Shown: positions 18,959-26,289 of the stretch, piece by piece
Numbering within the stretch: the first letter of the stretch is position 1
How the letters are laid out: each line of letters opens with the position of its first letter
From: a virus
Taxonomy: Duplodnaviria; Caudoviricetes
Strand: one strand, 5' to 3'
IMG/VR virus record: IMGVR_UViG_3300044976_000013
Coordinates: 1 to 31,670 of that record
DNA length: 31,670 nt
Translations under genes and position numbers: made by a program
Notes under the pieces: generated by a model
Told to the model about the DNA's origin: nothing
What the model saw: only the letters and a program-made list of their open reading frames with translations
Databases searched by the model: none

Positions 18959-19290
18959 CAGAAGACCTTCTTGTCCAGGCCGCTGGGGGTCGCGGGCCTC
19001 TTGTTCTCGGCCGTCGGCTGCACGCTCTCGCGCCAAGCACGAAGACCCTTCTGACCGTCGGGGTCAGAAGGGCCTGCGTAGTCTGCTGCCGTGGGGAGGA
19101 ACTGGTCCTTGTGCGAGCGCAGGCCGAACTCACGCTCGTGCGTGAGCGCGGCCACAGCAAAGCCCACACCTTCGGCGCGGTAGTCGCGCACGATGGGCGA
19201 GGAGCAATGAATCGCGCCCTCGTTCAGGTCGCGGTCCGTGCCTGTCAAAGCCGCCCCGCAATCGGGGCAGCGGTAGCAGTACGTCGCCAC
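18958..19290 (-). CDS. FmdB-like zinc-ribbon protein
   Basis: N-terminal ATYCYRCPDCG...HCSSPIVR; GTG start with RBS GGAG. Confidence 0.75.
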   Translation of the reverse strand: MATYCYRCPDCGAALTGTDRDLNEGAIHCSSPIVRDYRAEGVGFAVAALTHEREFGLRSHKDQFLPTAADYAGPSDPDGQKGLRAWRESVQPTAENKRPATPSGLDKKVF

Positions 19291-19300
19291 GGTTCCTCCC

Positions 19301-19753
19301 TTATGCGTAGAGCGCCTCGGCGGCGTAGTCGGTCGCGGCGTACGCCACGTCAGACCAGCAGACGAGATACACGTTCCCCGTGTTGTCTTCCTTGTTGGCG
19401 GTTGAGGTCATGACCCCGGTACCGGCCACGAAGTCGCCGATGTTGCGGTGACGAACCTTCAGGACGCTGTTCGAGGCTGATGCGCCGTTGGGCTGGAACG
19501 AACCGCCCAGCTGAGCCGACTGCGTGTTGGCGTCGTCGTTCTCCAGAACCACGACTCCGATGACGGTATCGCTGGTGGTCATGTCGGGAACGACTGGGCT
19601 CTCGGCCTCCTCGTCAACGCCTCGAACCACCTCAAAGCGGAGGCGGCCGACGGAGGTCGCGGTGGGGACGGCCGAAGCCAGTCCCACACCGTGAGCCGTT
19701 CCGCCCAGACCGAGCACCGCTCGCTGCGGCTGCGTTCGGTTTGCGCGGGCCAC
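19301..19753 (-). CDS. Putative structural protein
   Basis: GTG start right after the upstream stop, with RBS GGAGG. Confidence 0.65.
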   Translation of the reverse strand: MARANRTQPQRAVLGLGGTAHGVGLASAVPTATSVGRLRFEVVRGVDEEAESPVVPDMTTSDTVIGVVVLENDDANTQSAQLGGSFQPNGASASNSVLKVRHRNIGDFVAGTGVMTSTANKEDNTGNVYLVCWSDVAYAATDYAAEALYA

Positions 19754-19754
19754 G

Positions 19755-20183
19755 TTACACCTCCACGTACAGGTAGACCTCGAAGTAGTCCGTAGCCGTC
19801 GCGCCGTTCAGCACGGTGACGGTTACGGGCGAGGCGCAGATTGCGCCGACGCTCGAACCCTGCGAGGACAGCGCTGCACCCGTGGCGTCCAGCTTCAGGT
19901 CGGAGAGGCCGGTCGCGGTCTCGTCCTGCTGGAAGAAGATGGTCACGAGTGCGGTCTTATAGTCGCGGTCGGCCGCGTCGAGGTACACGATGCGCCCTTC
20001 TGCGTCCGCGAGCTTGACCGACTGGAGGGCGTCGGTACCACCGGCCGCCTTGGCCGAGCTGGCGTAGTTACGGGCCGAGAACCCGAGTACGCGACCATAG
20101 GCCGCGCCGAGCGAGATGGTGCCGAGCGACTGGGTGGTGGATGCGGTCAGCGCTGCTGCCGGTCCACGCTTCTTGATTGCCAT
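19755..20183 (-). CDS. Putative capsid decoration protein, paralog C
   Basis: Start MAIKKRG after RBS GAAAGGA. Shares IVYLDAADRDY, SPVTV and ATDYF with paralogs A and B. Confidence 0.78.
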   Translation of the reverse strand: MAIKKRGPAAALTASTTQSLGTISLGAAYGRVLGFSARNYASSAKAAGGTDALQSVKLADAEGRIVYLDAADRDYKTALVTIFFQQDETATGLSDLKLDATGAALSSQGSSVGAICASPVTVTVLNGATATDYFEVYLYVEV

Positions 20184-20258
20184 TTCAGTTTCCTTTCCCT
20201 GCGGTGTCACGGGCCTGCCGTGCCGCTGAAGCCCCGAGGGGCCGAGTGAGTCGGAGGG

Positions 20259-20705
20259 TTACGGTGCCTTGCGGTCGTACTCGACGAACAGGTACACCTC
20301 GAAGTAGTCGGTGGCCGTACCAGCGTTCACGACGCTTACCGTCACCGGGCTCGCAGCGAGCTGCGTGATGTTGCCCGTCGTTGCGCCCGTCGCCGCGCCC
20401 GTGTTGTCGGCGAACACCGTTCCGGTCAGGCCGGTTACGGTGTCGTCAGGCGCGAACCAAACGAACGTGTTCTGGGTCTTGTAGTCTCGGTCCGCCGCGT
20501 CTAGATAGACGATTTGGCCGTTCGCGTCCACCAGCTTTACGCCGATGAGCGCGTCCGTGCCGCCACCTGCCTTGGCAGAGGAGGCCCAGTTACGGGCCTG
20601 AAACCCGACGATTCGCGCGAGCGAAGTGCCGAGGTTGACGGTACCGAGCGTCTGGGTCGGAGAAGCTGTGACGGCCGCTGCCGGTCCTACACGCCGATAT
20701 GCCAT
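20259..20705 (-). CDS. Putative capsid decoration protein, paralog B
   Basis: Same shared motifs; RBS GAAAGGA. Confidence 0.78.
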   Translation of the reverse strand: MAYRRVGPAAAVTASPTQTLGTVNLGTSLARIVGFQARNWASSAKAGGGTDALIGVKLVDANGQIVYLDAADRDYKTQNTFVWFAPDDTVTGLTGTVFADNTGAATGATTGNITQLAASPVTVSVVNAGTATDYFEVYLFVEYDRKAP

Positions 20706-20725
20706 GGTGGTCCTTTCGCTGAAAT

Positions 20726-20749
20726 GGGAGGGAGCCGAAGCCCCCTCCC
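20726..20749 (-). terminator. GC-rich hairpin with a cUUCGg loop (weak terminator or processing site)
   Basis: GGGAGGGGGC-TTCG-GCTCCCTCCC followed by ATTT, intergenic. Confidence 0.6.
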
Positions 20750-20756
20750 GAGTTGG

Positions 20757-21797
20757 TTACGAGACGACGACCGTGCCGCGAGCGGACCAGGGTCCGCCGT
20801 TGACCAGGTTGCCGCCGCTGGACGGCGAGCCGGTGTAGAGGAACCGACCGTAGAACGCGTACGTGGCGGCTGTGAGGCCGGTCACTGCGTCCGTGATGTC
20901 GGTGCCGCCGTCGGCGCGGAAGCGCGCGACCTCGGTGAGCGTGTCCTCGTCGGTGTCGCCACCGCGCTTGTAGATGACCACCTCAGCGCCAGCACGGAGG
21001 TTTGCGCCACCCGTGATGTCGTCTGCGTGAAGGTCAACCTGGACCTTGCCCGCGCCGCCCACGACGGCGATGGTGCCCGCCGCCGGGTCAGCCGTGGTGC
21101 CCACGAGCGGGATGGTTCCCACCGTGGCGCGGTTCGCGACCGTGCCGAGCCCGATGCTCGACCCGCCGACCTGCGTGGTCGCCGAGCTGCGCGTCGGGCG
21201 AACGCCCACCGTGCGGCTGACGGTCTCGCCGGTCACGGCGTCTGCCGGTCCCGTTCCTGTCGCGATGCTGCCGCGACCCTGACCAACATCCGCGCGGGAG
21301 CCAGCAGTGTTGCTGCGCCCGTCGAAGTTGGTGTAGTCGTAGTAGCCCTTACCAGCTCCGGTTCCCTGAGCGGTCGAGTTCTTGGTGCGACCGAAACGGT
21401 CGAGCCCCGTGCTCTCGGCGCGCCCCGTGGTGTCCACGGGAACGCCCGGCGTTGAGCCGCCCTGCACGCCGTTGGCGACCGAGCCGGTCCACGTGCCGTC
21501 GCCTACGACGTTCGTGCCTGCCTTGCCGCGCGTGGAGGTGTTGACGGTCGCGCCGCCAGACCCCATGAACGCGGCGCTTGCGCCCGAGGCATCGTAGGTG
21601 TCCGACTCGCGGTAGCCCGTCGAGTCCTCTGCGCCACCGGCAGCGATGCCGGTCGAGTGCGAGGTCGCGTTAGGACGTACCGGACCGATGTATACACCAC
21701 CCGCCGCGCCCAGCAGTCCCCTGCGGGGCGTGCTTGAACCGACGCGCCCGGTGTTCTGGGTCGCGTTCGTGATGGCCGTGACGGAGATTGCAACCAT
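20757..21797 (-). CDS. Gly/Thr-rich virion protein with a C-terminal FN3/Ig-like domain
   Basis: Low-complexity N-terminal two thirds; C-terminal GLTAATYAFYGRF...GPWS pattern. Confidence 0.68.
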   Translation of the reverse strand: MVAISVTAITNATQNTGRVGSSTPRRGLLGAAGGVYIGPVRPNATSHSTGIAAGGAEDSTGYRESDTYDASGASAAFMGSGGATVNTSTRGKAGTNVVGDGTWTGSVANGVQGGSTPGVPVDTTGRAESTGLDRFGRTKNSTAQGTGAGKGYYDYTNFDGRSNTAGSRADVGQGRGSIATGTGPADAVTGETVSRTVGVRPTRSSATTQVGGSSIGLGTVANRATVGTIPLVGTTADPAAGTIAVVGGAGKVQVDLHADDITGGANLRAGAEVVIYKRGGDTDEDTLTEVARFRADGGTDITDAVTGLTAATYAFYGRFLYTGSPSSGGNLVNGGPWSARGTVVVS

Positions 21798-21799
21798 GG

Positions 21800-22261
21800 T
21801 TACACCTCCACCAGAAGGTCAACGGAGAAGTAATCCGTGGCCGTCGTGCCGTTGAGGACACGAACCGTGACGGGAGACTGCATGACGATGCCGCCGCCAG
21901 CACCCGCCGACGCTGCTGCGCCGGTCTGGTCCACGGCGATGCCGCCCGTGGTGCTGGTGATGCCTGTTACGGTGTCGTCGGCGCTCGGCCACAGCGTGAC
22001 CTCAGCCGTCGCGTAGTCGCGGTCGGCAGCATCGAGGTACACGATGTCGCCGTTCCCGTCGGTGATACGAAGGCTCGTCAGAACGTCCGCACCAGCGCCG
22101 GACTTCGCCGAGCTGGAGAAGTTACGAGCACGGATGCCGACCAGACGGCCGAACTTCGCGCCCGAGAACGCGCCGACCTGGTTCTGGCCGAGCCCCACTG
22201 CGGGGAGGTCCGTGGGGTTCGCGGAAACCAGTCCCTCGGTGTGTCGCTTGATGATGGTCAT
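21800..22261 (-). CDS. Putative capsid decoration protein, paralog A
   Basis: IVYLDAADRDY, SPVTV and ATDYF motifs. Confidence 0.78.
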   Translation of the reverse strand: MTIIKRHTEGLVSANPTDLPAVGLGQNQVGAFSGAKFGRLVGIRARNFSSSAKSGAGADVLTSLRITDGNGDIVYLDAADRDYATAEVTLWPSADDTVTGITSTTGGIAVDQTGAAASAGAGGGIVMQSPVTVRVLNGTTATDYFSVDLLVEV

Positions 22262-22264
22262 GTC

Positions 22265-22642
22265 TTACTCCTGTTCTGGGTCCCCGCTCGTGTCAGCCGG
22301 GGGTGGAGTGTCGTACTGCTCTTGAACCGCCCGGCGGGGTGCCGGGAAGCTGCCCAGGACGCCCTTGCGATTCGCTCCCGCCTTCTCTGCCAGCAGGAGG
22401 AAGTCCTGCTGCTCCGGTCGGGCCGCTCGAATCAGCTCGATGGCCTGTGCCACGTTGGTGCCGACCAGCAGTCGGGCCGCTTCCTCGACCTGCTGCTCCA
22501 CTGGGATGTGGCCCCTGTGCCCCGCCTTCGCGACGACCCGGGCCTCCTCCTGTGACGCGGCGCGCTGCGCCTCGCGGCGGGCGATGCGTTCGGCACCGCT
22601 CTCCGTTTCAGCTGCTACGCGTCGTCCGGTCATGGTCTCCAT
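22265..22642 (-). CDS. Hypothetical helical protein downstream of the major capsid gene
   Basis: RBS AGGAGG; GC3-biased codons. Confidence 0.7.
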   Translation of the reverse strand: METMTGRRVAAETESGAERIARREAQRAASQEEARVVAKAGHRGHIPVEQQVEEAARLLVGTNVAQAIELIRAARPEQQDFLLLAEKAGANRKGVLGSFPAPRRAVQEQYDTPPPADTSGDPEQE

Positions 22643-22656
22643 CGTGCCTCCCTGGA

Positions 22657-22690
22657 GTGTGGCGGGGGAGGGTCACTCCCCCGCTCACAC
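22657..22690 (-). terminator. Hairpin after the major capsid gene
   Basis: GTGTGAGCGGGGAG-TGACC-CTCCCCCGCCACAC, with no U-tract. Confidence 0.5.
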
Positions 22691-22696
22691 CGTCCG

Positions 22697-23647
22697 TTAC
22701 GACGTGGTGATGCCCGTGAAGTACCCGTGGGCGCGACGCATGTCCGTGATGAGGTTACCCATCGACAGGATGAGTGCGACCTTGGCGTCCTGGTTGTACG
22801 GACGCTGGAAGTCAGTCAGCGTGAGCCAACTGTCAGCGTGCTGTACCAGCTCCAGGTGCGAGCTGTCCAGGAAGTACAGGGTACCCGACGGAGCGTCGGG
22901 GTCGAACGTGATTGGCACGCCACGGTGCGTCAGGCTGGTGAAGCCCAGGTCCGCGAGCGTCGTGTTCTCGAAGCGCAGGTTGGGCACTGCCAGAGCCTCG
23001 TAGGCCTGGTAGACCGCCTGGGTGCCAATCTCGATGTCGGTACGACCACGGTTCACACGAATCGTGTTGAGCATCGCGCCCATGTCGTTGACACCATCGA
23101 ACGTCGTGAGGTCCACGGCGCTGTCCAGCGTGGAGGCCCACCACGTGTAGGTGGAAGGGTTCACGTTTCCGACGGTGGTCGCGCTCTTGACGAGCAGCGG
23201 CACTCCGTCGAAGTCCTTGCCTGAGTTACCGGCCGAAGCCGCCCAGAACATGGCGTTGAAGTCGTCCGCGACGGACACCTTCAGCTGGTTGACCTTGGCC
23301 TGGAGCAGGTTGATGAGCTGCGCCGAGCCAGAGTTCTTCTTGACTTCCTCACCCGAGATGACGACCGAACCACCGTGCTGACGCCAGGTGTACTCGGCCC
23401 ATCCCAGACCTTCCTGCGGAGTCGTGTCGATGAGGTCGTAACCCGAGTAGCTCGACACCGTGTCGTTGAACGCGAAGCTCAGCGGACGCCGGATGACCGA
23501 ACCACCATCGACCGTGATGCGCGCCTTGCTGTTGAGCCAGGCGGTCAGCACGTTCTCGTTGGAAATCTGGTCCACGAGGACAGGACGAACCTTGTCCAGC
23601 GTGGTGGTGATGAGGATGTCGAAGTTGTCAGCGTAGATGCTTGCCAT
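22697..23647 (-). CDS. Major capsid protein (HK97 fold, podovirus-type family)
   Basis: GG..IRRPL...N...YSGYD..., AEYTWRQ..SVVISGEE..NSG..LINLL pattern. Strong RBS AGGAG; follows the scaffold gene. Confidence 0.9.
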   Translation of the reverse strand: MASIYADNFDILITTTLDKVRPVLVDQISNENVLTAWLNSKARITVDGGSVIRRPLSFAFNDTVSSYSGYDLIDTTPQEGLGWAEYTWRQHGGSVVISGEEVKKNSGSAQLINLLQAKVNQLKVSVADDFNAMFWAASAGNSGKDFDGVPLLVKSATTVGNVNPSTYTWWASTLDSAVDLTTFDGVNDMGAMLNTIRVNRGRTDIEIGTQAVYQAYEALAVPNLRFENTTLADLGFTSLTHRGVPITFDPDAPSGTLYFLDSSHLELVQHADSWLTLTDFQRPYNQDAKVALILSMGNLITDMRRAHGYFTGITTS

Positions 23648-23679
23648 CTTCGAAATCTCCTAGTTGGTAGCGCTCCGTT

Positions 23680-24603
23680 CTAGTTGAAGACCGGGCCGTT
23701 GCCCGAAGACTTCTTGCCGAACAGGCTGCGGAGACGAACCCCCTTCTCCTTCTCGGTCTCTGCCATGGCTGCCTTCACCGCATCGTTCAGGGACATGCCC
23801 TTCTTGATGTTGGAGTCCGGGTCACCGCTCGTCGCACGCGGCTTGACGCCGCCGCCCTCGGCCTTCTTCGCCGCTGCCTTGGTGGCAGCCGCTACCGCTC
23901 CCTCCACCTCGGCGCGAGCCGGGGCGGCGATGCGGAAGTAGGCCTCGAACGGGGAAGCGATGCCTTCCTCGATGGCGTACCGAAGCACGTCAACGCGGGA
24001 GACAGGGAGCTTCCCGTACTCCGACTCCAGCTGGTCCAGCCCGCTGTTCCATGCCGTTTCCACCTGTCGGGTGGTCTCGACCTGGGCGAGGCCTTCCACG
24101 CGGTCTTCGAGAGCGAGGACCGTGCGGGCCAGCTGTAGCTCAACCTTCGAGGGCTGGTTGTACGCGTCCTCGGGGTCGTACCCGAGTGCGATTGCCAGCG
24201 CCTCGTCCGATACGTCCTCGTCTAGAGGGGCATCGGCGGGAACTTCGGGGGCCTCTGGCTTTGCCGCCAGACGCTCCTGGAGCTGATGGATGAAACTCTC
24301 CTGCTGCTGGAGGTGGGCGAGAACTTGCTTCGCCTGCTCCTCGGGGAGTCCTTCCAGCGTCTTCCGGTAGAACTCGGGGACCTCGAACTCCTGTACTTCC
24401 GCCTCGGGAGTGGTCTCCTCGTCTCCGGTCTCGGCCGTACTCGGCTCGCTACCGTCGCCCGCCGCAGGTTCCACGGGCTCGTCCGCATCGTCGTACGCGT
24501 CCCAGGAGTCGTTCCCTGTGTCGTCGTCCGCGAAGGGCACTTCGTTCACTGCCTCTGCGAGCGCTGCCCGCAGGTCATTCGCTACTGCGGCCTCATCGGC
24601 CAT
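23680..24603 (-). CDS. Capsid scaffolding protein
   Basis: Real start MADEAAV at 24603 (RBS GGAGG). Very acidic N-terminus, coiled coil and basic C-terminus, immediately upstream of the major capsid gene. Confidence 0.82.
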   Translation of the reverse strand: MADEAAVANDLRAALAEAVNEVPFADDDTGNDSWDAYDDADEPVEPAAGDGSEPSTAETGDEETTPEAEVQEFEVPEFYRKTLEGLPEEQAKQVLAHLQQQESFIHQLQERLAAKPEAPEVPADAPLDEDVSDEALAIALGYDPEDAYNQPSKVELQLARTVLALEDRVEGLAQVETTRQVETAWNSGLDQLESEYGKLPVSRVDVLRYAIEEGIASPFEAYFRIAAPARAEVEGAVAAATKAAAKKAEGGGVKPRATSGDPDSNIKKGMSLNDAVKAAMAETEKEKGVRLRSLFGKKSSGNGPVFN

Positions 24604-24673
24604 GTGATGCCTCCATCTGTACCCTTCGCCTCGGGCGCGGTGCGCCTGTACTAGGGCCTCGGTAGGTGGGTCG

Positions 24674-24745
24674 TGTACACTCCAGGAGTCGAACCTGGTC
24701 CTGCCGGGCTTCAACCGGCCGCTGCTCCGAGTCAGCTTAGTGCAC
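24674..24745 (-). tRNA. tRNA-Phe(GAA)
   Basis: Cloverleaf; loop UUGAAGC; T-loop UUCGACU; A8 and G37. Confidence 0.85.
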
Positions 24746-24746
24746 G

Positions 24747-24826
24747 TGGTGCGCAGGGAGGGAGTCGAACCCCCAGTGCCGTCGGCCACGGCTTTACAGG
24801 CCGCTTCCCCCCGTGGGGTCCTGCAC
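24747..24826 (-). tRNA. tRNA-Tyr(GTA)
   Basis: Loop CUGUAAA, long variable arm, encoded CCA; atypical D-arm CCCC-ACGG-GGGG. Confidence 0.85.
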
Positions 24827-24827
24827 G

Positions 24828-24904
24828 TGGTGGGCAACCTGGGATTCGAACCCAGACTCTCTGGTTTCTGAGACCAGCGCGTTTACCGATTTCGCCAATC
24901 GCCC
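24828..24904 (-). tRNA. tRNA-Leu(CAG), short variable arm
   Basis: Loop CUCAGAA, Leu-type D-arm, A73 and encoded CCA. Confidence 0.85.
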
Positions 24905-24908
24905 GGAG

Positions 24909-24982
24909 TCCACACCCTTGGAGTCGAACCAAGCTGTACGCGCTTATCAGACGCGTCCCTACAACCGGATGGGTCGATGTGG
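24909..24982 (-). tRNA. tRNA-Ile(GAT)
   Basis: Loop CUGAUAA; T-arm CUUGG-UUCGACU-CCAAG; A73. Confidence 0.85.
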
Positions 24983-24983
24983 A

Positions 24984-25061
24984 TGGTCGCGGACGGGAGA
25001 GTCGAACTCCTCTGTGCACGGCTTATGAGACCGGCGAGCCCACCGGGGCTCTACGTCCGCA
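24984..25061 (-). tRNA. tRNA-Met(CAT), or Ile2 if C34 is modified; best folded as 8/4
   Basis: Loop CUCAUAA, encoded ACCA, fMet-like D-stem GAGC/GCUC. Confidence 0.8.
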
Positions 25062-25067
25062 GTGAAG

Positions 25068-25140
25068 ACCCTTCCCCAGGGTTCGAACCTGGCATCTCGA
25101 CGTTCAGAGCGTCGCGTCCTGCCAACTAGACCAGGAAGGG
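25068..25140 (-). tRNA. tRNA-Gln(CTG)
   Basis: Anticodon arm CGACG-CUCUGAA-CGUCG. Confidence 0.85.
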
Positions 25141-25146
25141 GTGGAG

Positions 25147-25230
25147 AGGAAGGCCCGGGAGTCGAACCCGGAGACCGATAACGGCCGCTCCCTTAGCAGG
25201 GGAGGTGCGTCGCCAAGTTGCCGACCTTCC
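25147..25230 (-). tRNA. tRNA-Ser(GCT)
   Basis: CUCCC-CUGCUAA-GGGAG, long variable arm, GGA start. Confidence 0.83.
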
Positions 25231-25235
25231 GTGAG

Positions 25236-25308
25236 AGGCGCGGGCCGGACTCGAACCGGCGTGCCGGAGTTTGCAGTTCCGTTTCTGGAGCCACTCGAAT
25301 ACCGCACC
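25236..25308 (-). tRNA. tRNA-Cys(GCA)
   Basis: Loop CUGCAAA; U73 discriminator. Confidence 0.85.
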
Positions 25309-25313
25309 TGGAG

Positions 25314-25382
25314 CCCCCAGTGTAGGATTCGAACCCACGTTGCCCGGTTTAGGAAACCAGGCGCTTTCCTTTGCAACTGGGG
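25314..25382 (-). tRNA. tRNA-Arg(CCT), truncated D-arm
   Basis: CUGGU-UUCCUAA-ACCGG; perfect acceptor stem; about 69 nt. Confidence 0.78.
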
Positions 25383-25386
25383 AAGC

Positions 25387-25416
25387 TAGATAAAGGATAG
25401 GCCGTATCCTTATCTA
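25387..25416. other. AT-rich hairpin within the tRNA array
   Basis: tagata-a-aggata-ggccg-tatcct-tatcta. Confidence 0.6.
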
Positions 25417-25420
25417 AGAG

Positions 25421-25492
25421 AGCCCCCGCGAGGAATCGAACCCCGTCCTCTGCCGTACGAAGGGAGTGTTCTACCGTTAGCACTACAGGGGC
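25421..25492 (-). tRNA. tRNA-Thr(CGT)
   Basis: Loop UUCGUAC, GCC start, one C-C mismatch in the anticodon stem. Confidence 0.8.
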
Positions 25493-25504
25493 GTGGTGTT
25501 GCAG

Positions 25505-25576
25505 TGGGTCCCCAGGGAATCGAACCCTGTCAGGGCGGGTAAGAGCCGCCTATGCCGCCTCAAACATCTGAGACCC
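25505..25576 (-). tRNA. tRNA-Lys(CTT)
   Basis: GGCGG-CUCUUAC-CCGCC; A73. Confidence 0.85.
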
Positions 25577-25580
25577 GGAG

Positions 25581-25652
25581 AGCGATGCGCGGGGCTTGAA
25601 CCCGCTCCTCGACCTTGGCAAGGTCGCGTGCAGCCAGTGACACCTGCACCGC
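25581..25652 (-). tRNA. tRNA-Gly(GCC)
   Basis: CGACC-UUGCCAA-GGUCG, GCG start, U73. Confidence 0.87.
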
Positions 25653-25653
25653 G

Positions 25654-25741
25654 TGGAGGAAGGAGGACGAATCGAACGCCTGTGGCTCTCACCACCCCCG
25701 GGTTTCGAAGCCGGTAGCCGACCATTCAGCTTTCACCTTCC
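25654..25741 (-). tRNA. tRNA-Ser(CGA), possibly 8/4 fold
   Basis: Loop UUCGAAA, long variable arm, encoded CCA. Confidence 0.8.
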
Positions 25742-25745
25742 AAAG

Positions 25746-25820
25746 AGGGCTCCCGGGGAATCGAACCCCGCTCCGTTCTGGTTCGTAGCCAGATGTCCAC
25801 CTCCAGCGAACTCGGAGCCC
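25746..25820 (-). tRNA. tRNA-Arg(ACG)
   Basis: UCUGG-CUACGAA-CCAGA; perfect acceptor and T stems. Confidence 0.85.
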
Positions 25821-25890
25821 GAGAGAACCGATTTGCGCCTGTACACGGCGTTGGGGTCTCGGTTCTACAACCCGGGGCTCTAGTCCCCAG

Positions 25891-25962
25891 CGCCACAGAC
25901 CGGAATCGAACCGGCCTCACGTGATTGACAATCACGCAGCCACGCCAGCTGCTTCCTGCGGC
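25891..25962 (-). tRNA. tRNA-Asp(GTC)
   Basis: CGUGA-UUGUCAA-UCACG; G73. Confidence 0.85.
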
Positions 25963-25966
25963 AGAG

Positions 25967-26038
25967 TGGAGAACCGGGGAATCGAACCCCGACCGTGTGG
26001 TTGCAGGCCACGCGTGCTACCCTTGACACCAGTCCCCC
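25967..26038 (-). tRNA. tRNA-Ala(TGC)
   Basis: G3:U70 identity pair and A73; loop CCUGCAA (C33). Confidence 0.85.
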
Positions 26039-26042
26039 AGAG

Positions 26043-26114
26043 TGCACGGCCGAGGTGCTGCCCCCCGTACCCGCTCCTTGTAAGGGAGCCGCTCTGCTGA
26101 TGAGCTACCCGTGC
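26043..26114 (-). tRNA. tRNA-Val(TAC) with a non-canonical T-loop
   Basis: GCUCC-CUUACAA-GGAGC; T-loop GGCAGCA; D-loop AUCAGCA. Confidence 0.75.
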
Positions 26115-26162
26115 AGGTGCCGGAAGTGTTCCGGCTGAACCAGGTCACTACCCTGGCCTGAG

Positions 26163-26237
26163 AGCGCCGCGTGGGATTCGAACCCACCCCGCCTGGTTGG
26201 AAGCCAGGTATGCTGTTCCGCTAGACACTAGCGGCGC
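26163..26237 (-). tRNA. tRNA-Gly(TCC)
   Basis: CCUGG-CUUCCAA-CCAGG; U73. Confidence 0.87.
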
Positions 26238-26289
26238 GAGATGGCGGGAGCGACCCGCCTACCCAGGTGCGACCCGGGCCTTGCTCTTT

